Shown here: piece after piece, positions 22,638 through 32,199 of the stretch | Numbering within the stretch: position 1 is the first letter of the stretch | Layout: each line of letters opens with the position of its first letter | NCBI GenBank assembly: GCA_001643675.2 | Contig: LSRY02000024.1 | Coordinates: 682,001 to 746,000 of the forward strand | DNA length: 64,000 nucleotides | Source of the DNA: Monocercomonoides exilis PA203 | Taxonomy: Eukaryota > Protista > Preaxostyla | Direction: 5' to 3' | Translations under genes and position numbers: made by a program | Notes under the pieces: model-generated | What the model saw: the letters and a program-made list of their open reading frames with translations, nothing else | Told to the model about the DNA's origin: nothing | The model's database searches: none

Positions 22638-25600
22638 CTATTCCATTGAGCTTTCTCCAATCTCATCTTCGCTTTCTTCTTCCTCAGCTGTGCCTCCACT
22701 CATATACACCCCAATTGCATCAGACACAGTCAACATTGCTGCATTCGCTGGAAAACGCTCAATGCATGCTCGCTTCACATTCATCAGAGTCGGCCGATCA
22801 CTTGCTCGGCTCGAAACACACGCCTTCACTGCCTCCTTCCATTTGCTCCCTCCGACTCTCTCCAAATCCGGCCTCTCTCCATTCACAATCTTCTGCCCTG
22901 CCACTTCGGCCTCAAACTCACCAAACGGGATCTGAAGAGTCAGACACTCCCACAGCATCATCCCGATCGAAAACACAACTGACTCCTTTGTTGCCCCCAT
23001 CTTCTTGTTCATCTGCAGCTCTGGCGCCTTCCATCTCAGACATTCTTTTTTGAAAACATCATCCTCCTCAAATGCAGATGATGGAAGAGAATCTTCATCG
23101 TCATCATCATCATCACTGGCAGATGTCACAACTGTTGTTGATGAGATGGATGAAGAATCTGAATCATCATCAGATGAAAGGAAATCAGAGTGCATCACAA
23201 TACAAATGACCATGCGTTCTGAGAATAATACAATGTGTGGACTCAAGTTGGAAAGCGATTGAAGAGGATTTTCCATTTCATCAAATGAGTGTTGAGCGAG
23301 ATTGGCCACCCAAAACAGCACCTGAGCAGCTGTTTGTTCTCTTTCTTGCAAACTCCCAATTGCCATCTCCTTTTTCTCATTCCTTCCATGAAGCAGCATG
23401 TACAGAGAATCCCTTAAGTCCACGATCAGTTTCTCATGAGGCGATGAGCAGGCCATCACATCCACAAGATTCGACATGGACGATGTTGTTGGGCACAGAT
23501 CCTCCCCTCGAACAAAAGTTGAATCTGAATCAGTTGTTGAGGTGGATGAAACAGATGGCGAAGGTGTTCGTTTTCTTGTCTCTTCTTCCTCAACTTTTTC
23601 CAATGCCCATTCAGGGATCTTGTCTGAATCTTTCCCCAGAATATATTCAGTCGATCCACATTCACTCAGCCAATGCTCTGATGACTCTGAATGCCTCAAG
23701 CTTTTCTCGAACACTCTCTTTTTGATCCTTTCTTCATTCTTCTTCTCTGCCTCCCTTTCTGCTCTTCTCCACTGCTCCTCTGGTGACATCTCCATCGTTA
23801 CCATCTCAATCAACTTCGGATCCTTCTTCACCGTGTCATTTACAATCTCTCTCAGATCTTTGTTTTCGTTCTTCACCTTTCTCCATCGAATTGTTGAAAT
23901 TACTGCAACAATTAGAATGACAAGAAGCACAAAAGCCATGATTATAACAATCAACAGCCAATAAGATTTCTTTTCTTTTCCTCCTTCAACAATCCTTTCC
24001 TCCCCATTTGTTTTGGGTTCGCTTCTGTTCTTCACAATAAATTCATTTGTTGATGAAGGAGATTCAGCATTCCCAAACAGGATGCACACACTCACTTCTG
24101 CATTTTCGTTTTCATTTCTGATTCCTGCAGTGCTTGTCCATCCAAACGCCATCCCCTCAGAAACATATCCCTCTTCCTCAAACACCCCTTTCTCCACATG
24201 AGCTTCTTCACCCATTCTCTTCTCCACTTTGAATGATAGGTTGCATGGAAGCAACAACTCCCCCACAAACACCACTTTCTCTCTCTCTCCAACTTCCTCC
24301 ACCTCCACCTCCACTTTCTCCACTCGTGGAATGAACAGCACAGATTCTCTCGCTGCCAGAATTCCTCCCACATCACATCCTTCATTCACCATCCACATCG
24401 ATGATCCCTTCTCCATCCCATCTCCCCCACGAAGGCTCACCACTTCAACCCTCCCTCCCTCTCTGCACCACATGTTTCTCCGAGCAGACGGATACTTCGC
24501 AACTCCTTCCCCATTCCCTTCAAGCTCACTCTTCGCAATCTTCACACTCCCTCCACTGGCACTCATCCCTCCCTCACCACAGTTCGCAATCCTCGTCTCC
24601 ATCACAACCCCTGCGCTCTTTCTCACCTCCACAGCTGACTCATTCCACCTGCACACCCCTTTCTCATTTCCTTCTCCTCCTTCTTCATTCATCCACTCCT
24701 CTCTTTCATCCTTCTCCTCATTCCCTGTCCCATCCACCATGCATGCTTCCATCTCCAACTCACATCCTCCTCTCACACGCACTGCACTCCCTTCTCCTCT
24801 CCTCCTCCCCCATCTCTCAAACGAACAGTTCACGCACTCTGTCTTTGCTCCTCGCCCTTCTCCATGCAGCACACTTCCCTCACTCTTCGAAACACTCACA
24901 TTCACAAGCTCCACACACCACATCCTCATCTTCCCTCCTTCCCCTTCTCCATTCAATGCCCCATTTCCCTTCACACTCACACAGCTCGCTCCTCCACGCA
25001 ATCTCACATCTTTCATGACAATCTCCTTCATCTCCACTCTCCCTTCACCATCCACCCTCACAACATCTCCCTCACTCTCCACATCCCCAATCGCACACTC
25101 CCGCAACGCTCCATTGCTCCCACTCCCAAACACCAACACCCCCTTCCCACACTCCATTTGCTCCACCATACCCCCACGCATCTCAAACACTCCTCCACAT
25201 ATCCTCATCACATCACACATCAGGACTCCCCTTTGCTCCGCAAACCTCGCTGCACACCCTGTCATCACAAGTGTTCCGTTCACTTGCTGAAGCACACTTC
25301 CATCCCTTCCCTCAAAGTGCATCCCGATTTCAAACACACAGTCCACCGCCTCACTCTCATTCACAAAACACACCACCCCTTCCTCCAACACTTCTGCTTC
25401 ATCCACCTCATCCACACTCACAATGCACTTCTTCCCCCGCTTCCAAGATCGGATGCACACATCTCCCACAGTCGTCTTCTCCATCACAACCCCTTTCTCC
25501 ACAATCCACATCGTGCTCCCTGCTCCTCTTTCCATGTGCCTCATCCCACCTGAAACACTCCGACACGCCTCACTATCTGATCCACACAGCCTCCCATCCT

Positions 25601-28600
25601 TCCCCGACTCAGCAACATACACCCACACGGACTGATACCCCCTCAGCCACTCCAGCAGATCCATATCCTTCTCTTCCTCATCACTCGCATTCGCTGCATC
25701 CCTCCGCAACAGAGAATCCTGCTCTGTGTCAAGCTCAAGCACACTCCGCTTCATCTGCTCCTCAATTGACAAGCACCTCACAAACATGTCTTTCCCAACA
25801 AATGCTTCATTCCACAAGAATGAGATGCCCCTCATCTTAAACCCTCCAATCCCATTTGCTCCATTTTTTTCTTTCCCCTCAGCCCTTCCAACACAGTCCA
25901 GCATTATTCCCCCTCCCCTTCCGCTTGTTCGGCTGCATTCGCATCCTGCAACTGTGCAGCTCTCCATCACCAGCCCTTCTCCATTCTCTTCCCACCCTCC
26001 TCGCCACTTCACACCTCCCCCTTCCTCGGACCCTTCATTCACACACCCTCTCATCTCACACCCCTCGATTCTCACATCCACCACCCCCATCACTTCTCCT
26101 GTTCTGCTTCCAATCACAGCCCCACTCTCACCTCTCGAGGTGATGCTTGTGAAGTTCGACTTCTCCATCCGCACATTCGCTCTTGCCTTCTCTTCTCCAT
26201 TCACCCTCCACAATCCCTTTTTCTCTTCATTTCTTTCATTTCCCTTTGCTCCGCCAGCCCTTCCTCCACATATACCAATCAGACTGGATCTGCTCATGTC
26301 TATTCCAGAGAATAGCGTTCCATTTATCTCCACACTCTTCATTCCCTCGCCCACCACCAAATGCTCCCTTCCCAACAGACAGTCCTTGAACACACATTCC
26401 TCAACCTTTAGCTCTCCCTTCATCCCTTCAACAAACACAAATCCAATCTCTCCTCCTTCCTCTCTGCCTCTCCCCTCCATTCTGCACCCTTTCATCAGCA
26501 AAACACTCTTCTCACTTTCCATCAGAACAAATGATTGGAATCCAAGCATCCCTCTTCCAAACATAATCTTGATGTTTGTCAACGAAAATGGCACACTCAC
26601 CCTGACAAAACCTATCTTCTCTTCAATATCATTCACTTTTGTTTCCCACTTTATCACTTCTCCACTACCATGTTTCCTCTTTTCTCCTCCAAACACAATT
26701 TCGCTCCATTCTTCATCACCAACGATAACCAATCCATTTGGCATCTCATTTTCACTCAGAACAATCGCCTCTTCAATCAAAGAGGAATGGCTCACTCGGA
26801 TCTCTTCCATCCCTTGCTCCTTCATCAATGCTGCATGCAGTCTAATTGCTTGTGTGATTGTCTCACATGGTGCAACTGCAAATCCACACCTCCCAAAATC
26901 CCCTCCTCCAACCCCATCCACATGCATCCGCTCTCTCGCTCCTTCCCACAAATACACCACAATCGGAATCCCAAACTCATCTCCTGTGGTGCTTCGCTCA
27001 CAACCCCACACTCCTCCCCATTTCCCTTCCTCCTCCTTCCAATCCTCTTCTCTTTCCTCCTCTGATGGAACAAACCAATCCCCCAAATGAGCTCTGTCTG
27101 CCACTTCTCCCAGAACACTGCACCTGACAAACACATCTCTCCCTTCCCACCCGCGGTTTCCCTCAAATCTCACTTTTCCAATCTGGAACGCATCCACTCC
27201 ATCCAACGCTTTCCCTCCTTCTCCACCATCCACAACATCAATATACAACCCTCCTCCCCTTCCGCGCTCTTCTTTCCATTCCCCAACCGCACACCCACAA
27301 AACACACTCGATCCGTTCACAACTATCCTTCTCTTCTCTCCCACCTCCACACATATCCCTCCTCCGCATCCTCCCACTCCTTCCACAAAACATCCTCTCA
27401 ATTCGCATTCATCAAAAACAATCACCTTCACTTCCATTTCCCCTTCTCCTTCTCCTTCATTTCTCTTGTCTCCATTTCTGTGCTCTTTCCTCTCATTCTC
27501 AACTCCCCTCACCTCAACACATCCTCCCTTCCCGCTCTTCTTCCCAACTCCATTCAATATACACTTCTTCATCACCAAGTTCCCTTCTCCTTCGCATGCA
27601 ATCAGTGATCCCTCGCCAAACATCATCTCCCCTTCAACATGAAACCGTCTCAGCTCCACCTCTCCTCCCCAAACAAACACAAAACTGTATTCTATTTCTC
27701 CAATATCACTCTTTTGTGCTGTTCTTTCTTCAATTTCCTTCTTCCCCACTGAACAATCCTCAATCTCTATTCTCTTTCCCCAGCACCCTATCACACACTT
27801 TCCCTTCTCCAACATATATGGCAACTGAAAACACATATTCCTGATAACACTCTCTGAGCACACACCAATCACCCATCCCTGCTTCTGCCCTGCCTCCTCT
27901 CCAACAACAATATCCGTCTTTTCCAAGCTGCCTCTCATTTCCCATTCCAGCCCTTCCATCCCAATCTCCTCCCTCAAAACATATCCTGCCGCCACCTCCA
28001 CAACTCGCTTCACACCAGAGAACCACACATCCACCACTTTCCCAACTGTTGCACATTCACACTCCCTTGTTCCACATCGGCTGAAGTCCACACATCCCTC
28101 CCCTCCAACACGCCCAACCCCATCAAACTCGCTCCACAACCACCTCAACGGTACTCCTTCTCCTCCACACCCTTCATCATATCCTCTCCCATCATTCACT
28201 TCCATCATCTTTATCTTCTCCCCAAACACCCCTTCATCACCCACAACCTTCAGCTTCTCGGCCTCCACAAACATGCTCTTCCCCACCATCCCATCACATC
28301 CACTGAACACCACATCCACAATCGCTAACCCTCTCCACCCCTTCCCCACTTCCACAAACAGCCCTCCTCCAAACCCCTCTCCTTCTCCTTCTCCTCCACA
28401 GCTGCACCCCTCCACACTCACAGCACCCTCGCTTTCTCCACTCTCGCTGCCTGTTGTGTTGCCTATCGACACAACTCCTCCTTCCCCAACTCCAATCCAC
28501 ATCCAACCCCCGCTCCCCGACAAGCACCCACAATTCCGATATGTCCCTCCCTCCACAACCACTCCTCCTCCTTCTCCCACTCTCCCTCCCACAACACTCC

Positions 28601-31034
28601 CATTCCCTCTCTCCCGCACAACCTCTTCCACCACTGTGTTCTTCATCTCCACCCACCCTCCATTCACCCCTTCCGTCTCCACCACTCCACACCCATCCTC
28701 CCTCATCCCACTCACCTCAACTGACTCCATCACCACTCTCCCTCCAACAACAAACACAAACCCACTCAAAAATGCTTCCCCTTCTCCCTCTCTTCCTTCT
28801 CCTTCTCCTTCTCCTTCTTCTTCTCCTTCATTTTGCTTTTCCTCTGCACTCGCCTCTCTCACTCGGCACTTCACCAACTGCAGCTCTCCTCCATTCTCTC
28901 CAACAACAAACTCCTCCTTCCTCCTCTTCCCCTTCCCCACTCGAGCAAAACTCATCCCCTCAAACATCCCACTCCCACTCCCAATCAGCACCACTTCTTC
29001 CTCTTCGCTCCCCCCTCTCAAAACAACGGATGTCTCCTCCTTCCCCATCCCTTTCACACTCACAGACAAGTCTCCAATCTCCACTTTCTCCTCTTTGCAC
29101 CTTCCTCTCCCCACAACAACGTCCACTTCTCTTGTCAAATCAGCCACCATTCTGAAATACCCAATCCTTTTGCACCCCCTCCCCTTCTGCTCTTCTCCTT
29201 CCACTCCACCAGACCCGCATCCCAAATGGTCGATCCCTTCCTCTCCATCAATGTGGATCTTGCTGAAATATCCTTTCAACACCCAACCGCTGTAATCTGT
29301 GCCTCCTTTCACAACTCTCTTTTCCTCTCCTTCTGAAATCGTCCGACACAACACAAAACTGATTTCATCAATGCTTGTCCACCCATCACAGATATACACA
29401 TCCGATCCCCCATTTACTGCACTGTTGTTTCCAAAGAAGCAAAACAAGACTTTTGATTCAGCTGATCCAGTTCCATTATCCCAACATATCCCTCCCCCCT
29501 TTTTTTCACTGTATCCATTCATGAAAATACAGTCGGTCACAATGGCAAAGCTATTGTCATAAAATCCCAATCCTGCCCCTCCGTTGTATGCTTGTCCAAT
29601 CTTCAAATTTCCCACAAACTCGTTTTCACTGACAATATTGCTTGCAGGTTTCATCTCTAAAATTAACCCTCCCGCCATATTCGAAGCTTTTCCTTCAATA
29701 TATCTGCATTTTGACCATCTCCCTTCACTCACATATCGAGCATCAATCGCTCCTCCAGATCCATTTCCCCAGCAGCATGTGAAGTTGCACTTTTCCACTT
29801 CCATCTTGCAGTATTCGTCAAAGCGACTGGAGATCGCCCCTCCACAATGTGCAGCAGAGCAATTCACAAACGATGTTCTCACAACAGTCAATTTTCCAGC
29901 TGATGCAAATAGGATCGCTCCTCCTGAATTTGATTGGTTGCTTGTTGCTGAGGTTTCGAAAAATGAGCAATCAACAAATGTTTCATCTCCACTGCTCACG
30001 ATTTTCCTTTCCATGTTCTTCTTCCCTTCATAATTGCTCTTCACTCCATTTCTTTCGCACCTCTCCATTGTTGTGTTTTCACACCACAAGTTCTGCCCGC
30101 TTCTGCTCGCTCCATAAACAATACCTCCATCCAAAGGCCATTCCACTCCTTCCACAACACACCCAATCATCTTTTCTCCATTCCCATTCCCAAAACACTG
30201 ACTTTTATTTTCTTCATTTTTCCGCTTCTCTCTCTTCTCTTCTCCTGTTATCTGCCTCTCCATCGCCATTCTGCTCACATTCACAAACGTCATCTGTTCC
30301 ACAACTGTGTCCATTCCGCTGCAACTGGCAATGAGGGCTCCTTCTATCATCGCCTTTACATCCCTCACAATCCCTTCGCTCAAATCCACACGCCCACAAT
30401 CACTCCCATCACATCTCCCAACCCTCACCAAACTCCCAACGAAAACAATGCCTTCCTTCACACCTTCCACACTCACATTCCTCAACACAACCATTCCACC
30501 ATCTGCTCCTGCAACACTTCTCATCACACCATTTTCTGCAACCACACAGCACTCGCTTATCTCCCCCAGACTTCTCAAGCCCACGTTCATCACTTCCACG
30601 TTTTCACTTACAAATATCTTCAGCCGCTTCAGACAAACAGACGCATTCACACTCTTCACCCCAACTCCATTTCGCTCCCTGCTCATGAAACGCACACTTC
30701 CTGTTTGAAGCCATTTCTCTTTTCCCTCCTTTCTCCAGCATTCCACAGCCTTTTCTTCCCACCAAGCATTTTCTTTGCCTTCCGGTCTCACTTTGATTTT
30801 TCCCTTCCCATCTTCTCCATCCAGAAGCATGACACTTTTGAGCTCACATGAAGCACTCACTTCCAAAAAGGAAACAATTAGCAGATAACATGGAGAAAGA
30901 ATCATCTTTCCGGATCGAATTGACCCATTAATTGCCTTTCTTTTGTTTCCTGCCCCATTAATCCCATCTTTTGGCTTTCCAGAAAACACAGAAGATGTAA
31001 TTATGAAAGATGATAAAAACAAATTCAATAACAA
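22638..31034 (-). CDS. Large single-pass surface receptor-like protein: Cys-containing, GGAI (Pmp/pectin-lyase-like beta-helix) ectodomain, TM helix and degenerate tyrosine-kinase-like (pseudo)kinase
   Basis: Intronless 2798-codon ORF with GGAI/GGGI/GGGL repeats and four DxxxCG...C motifs. TM WLLIVIIMAFVLLVILIVAVISTI followed by RWRK. Kinase C-lobe motifs: DSLYMLLH, LRWKAPE, SVVFSIGMMLWECLTLQIPF, GERPDL, DRPTL. Start uncertain (TTG 31034; first ATG 30905). Confidence 0.85.
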   Translation of the reverse strand: MLLNLFLSSFIITSSVFSGKPKDGINGAGNKRKAINGSIRSGKMILSPCYLLIVSFLEVSASCELKSVMLLDGEDGKGKIKVRPEGKENAWWEEKAVECWRKEGKEKWLQTGSVRFMSRERNGVGVKSVNASVCLKRLKIFVSENVEVMNVGLRSLGEISECCVVAENGVMRSVAGADGGMVVLRNVSVEGVKEGIVFVGSLVRVGRCDGSDCGRVDLSEGIVRDVKAMIEGALIASCSGMDTVVEQMTFVNVSRMAMERQITGEEKREKRKNEENKSQCFGNGNGEKMIGCVVEGVEWPLDGGIVYGASRSGQNLWCENTTMERCERNGVKSNYEGKKNMERKIVSSGDETFVDCSFFETSATSNQSNSGGAILFASAGKLTVVRTSFVNCSAAHCGGAISSRFDEYCKMEVEKCNFTCCWGNGSGGAIDARYVSEGRWSKCRYIEGKASNMAGGLILEMKPASNIVSENEFVGNLKIGQAYNGGAGLGFYDNSFAIVTDCIFMNGYSEKKGGGICWDNGTGSAESKVLFCFFGNNSAVNGGSDVYICDGWTSIDEISFVLCRTISEGEEKRVVKGGTDYSGWVLKGYFSKIHIDGEEGIDHLGCGSGGVEGEEQKGRGCKRIGYFRMVADLTREVDVVVGRGRCKEEKVEIGDLSVSVKGMGKEETSVVLRGGSEEEEVVLIGSGSGMFEGMSFARVGKGKRRKEEFVVGENGGELQLVKCRVREASAEEKQNEGEEEGEGEGEGREGEGEAFLSGFVFVVGGRVVMESVEVSGMREDGCGVVETEGVNGGWVEMKNTVVEEVVRERGNGSVVGGRVGEGGGVVVEGGTYRNCGCLSGSGGWMWIGVGEGGVVSIGNTTGSESGESEGAVSVEGCSCGGEGEGEGFGGGLFVEVGKGWRGLAIVDVVFSGCDGMVGKSMFVEAEKLKVVGDEGVFGEKIKMMEVNDGRGYDEGCGGEGVPLRWLWSEFDGVGRVGGEGCVDFSRCGTRECECATVGKVVDVWFSGVKRVVEVAAGYVLREEIGMEGLEWEMRGSLEKTDIVVGEEAGQKQGWVIGVCSESVIRNMCFQLPYMLEKGKCVIGCWGKRIEIEDCSVGKKEIEERTAQKSDIGEIEYSFVFVWGGEVELRRFHVEGEMMFGEGSLIACEGEGNLVMKKCILNGVGKKSGKGGCVEVRGVENERKEHRNGDKRNEGEGEGEMEVKVIVFDECELRGCFVEGVGGCGGGICVEVGEKRRIVVNGSSVFCGCAVGEWKEERGRGGGLYIDVVDGGEGGKALDGVDAFQIGKVRFEGNRGWEGRDVFVRCSVLGEVADRAHLGDWFVPSEEEREEDWKEEEGKWGGVWGCERSTTGDEFGIPIVVYLWEGARERMHVDGVGGGDFGRCGFAVAPCETITQAIRLHAALMKEQGMEEIRVSHSSLIEEAIVLSENEMPNGLVIVGDEEWSEIVFGGEKRKHGSGEVIKWETKVNDIEEKIGFVRVSVPFSLTNIKIMFGRGMLGFQSFVLMESEKSVLLMKGCRMEGRGREEGGEIGFVFVEGMKGELKVEECVFKDCLLGREHLVVGEGMKSVEINGTLFSGIDMSRSSLIGICGGRAGGAKGNERNEEKKGLWRVNGEEKARANVRMEKSNFTSITSRGESGAVIGSRTGEVMGVVDVRIEGCEMRGCVNEGSEEGGGVKWRGGWEENGEGLVMESCTVAGCECSRTSGRGGGIMLDCVGRAEGKEKNGANGIGGFKMRGISFLWNEAFVGKDMFVRCLSIEEQMKRSVLELDTEQDSLLRRDAANASDEEEKDMDLLEWLRGYQSVWVYVAESGKDGRLCGSDSEACRSVSGGMRHMERGAGSTMWIVEKGVVMEKTTVGDVCIRSWKRGKKCIVSVDEVDEAEVLEEGVVCFVNESEAVDCVFEIGMHFEGRDGSVLQQVNGTLVMTGCAARFAEQRGVLMCDVMRICGGVFEMRGGMVEQMECGKGVLVFGSGSNGALRECAIGDVESEGDVVRVDGEGRVEMKEIVMKDVRLRGGASCVSVKGNGALNGEGEGGKMRMWCVELVNVSVSKSEGSVLHGEGRGAKTECVNCSFERWGRRRGEGSAVRVRGGCELEMEACMVDGTGNEEKDEREEWMNEEGGEGNEKGVCRWNESAVEVRKSAGVVMETRIANCGEGGMSASGGSVKIAKSELEGNGEGVAKYPSARRNMWCREGGRVEVVSLRGGDGMEKGSSMWMVNEGCDVGGILAARESVLFIPRVEKVEVEVEEVGEREKVVFVGELLLPCNLSFKVEKRMGEEAHVEKGVFEEEGYVSEGMAFGWTSTAGIRNENENAEVSVCILFGNAESPSSTNEFIVKNRSEPKTNGEERIVEGGKEKKSYWLLIVIIMAFVLLVILIVAVISTIRWRKVKNENKDLREIVNDTVKKDPKLIEMVTMEMSPEEQWRRAEREAEKKNEERIKKRVFEKSLRHSESSEHWLSECGSTEYILGKDSDKIPEWALEKVEEEETRKRTPSPSVSSTSTTDSDSTFVRGEDLCPTTSSMSNLVDVMACSSPHEKLIVDLRDSLYMLLHGRNEKKEMAIGSLQEREQTAAQVLFWVANLAQHSFDEMENPLQSLSNLSPHIVLFSERMVICIVMHSDFLSSDDDSDSSSISSTTVVTSASDDDDDDEDSLPSSAFEEDDVFKKECLRWKAPELQMNKKMGATKESVVFSIGMMLWECLTLQIPFGEFEAEVAGQKIVNGERPDLERVGGSKWKEAVKACVSSRASDRPTLMNVKRACIERFPANAAMLTVSDAIGVYMSGGTAEEEESEDEIGESSME

Positions 31035-32199
31035 TTAAAAATGATCGATTTGACAAATAAATAAATGAGATAATCAGAATATTCGCAAAATAAAACTTAA
31101 AAAATTAAAATTGAATAAAATGAAAAAAATTACAAAAATCAAAATAAAATTGAAACAACAAAAAATTAATATATGGCAAATTTGTTAAAGAATAAAATGA
31201 GAGAAAATTGAAGAAAAGATTGCTTTTTTTTAATTTGGAAAACCAGAATAACTCTTTGTTTTAAAAAAATAAATCAAAAATGCACGAAAAAGCTTTAATG
31301 ATTCAGAAACAAAATAACATGTATTGCGACCATACAGCAATTCTCGAATATTTTCCACAAAGAAAATTCATTTTTCAGTTTGTTCAAAAGCCTTGATTCA
31401 AAAAATCAAAAAAGTTAAAACAATCTTCATTTCAAACAGCAAGCTCTGAACGAAAGCAACAAGCTAAAAAGTATTGAAACCTTGGGACATTCATGATAAA
31501 AAATATTCCAATATAAAAATAAATGATTTGCTTTCATCACCAAAAACAATAATTGTTATTCATTCTCAAAAGACACTTGTCCATCAAACCAACACAAACA
31601 AATCCAACTCATTAAAAACACTCAAGCACATTATAAAATAGCCTTAAATACATTGAATAATAACGCATGGGAGAAATCCAACAATGAAACAATTATTAAG
31701 CTTTTGCCTGATCGTTTTTTTCAAATCTTTATTTCCACTTTAATTTTGCTGTAAAAATATCTCAGCCAAATGAAAATGAAATCATGTAATAATTGTTTTT
31801 GATGGTTTATGTTTGCGCAAAGAAGGCAACTGATCACTTTATTTAGAATAAATCATAAAACATATACGTGATCGTTTTATTTTTTAACATTTAAATAATA
31901 AAATCTTTCACCTGAAGAATAATCATTAATAAAATTGCATTAAAAAGACACTTTCTCCAGCTTTCTGTTATCATGTATATATGAAATGCATGTATTTCCT
32001 CCAGAGTTTAGTTTTAATCCATTCAAGCAACAATAATAATTTTACGAAAACAAAAAAAAAAAAAATAATGCATCAATTGGCTAAAAAATCATCAATTAAA
32101 ACAATCAGGGACAACGGAACATCACAAAAGCCGAAACAACTGGAGAATTAAAATACAAAGTTATTTTTAAAGTGGAATTAATTGCGAAGAATTCTGGCA

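Noticed and set aside
24229-30708. Multiple long + strand Pro/Ser/Thr/His-rich ORFs
   Set aside because: Antisense to the receptor gene and explained by its compositional skew.
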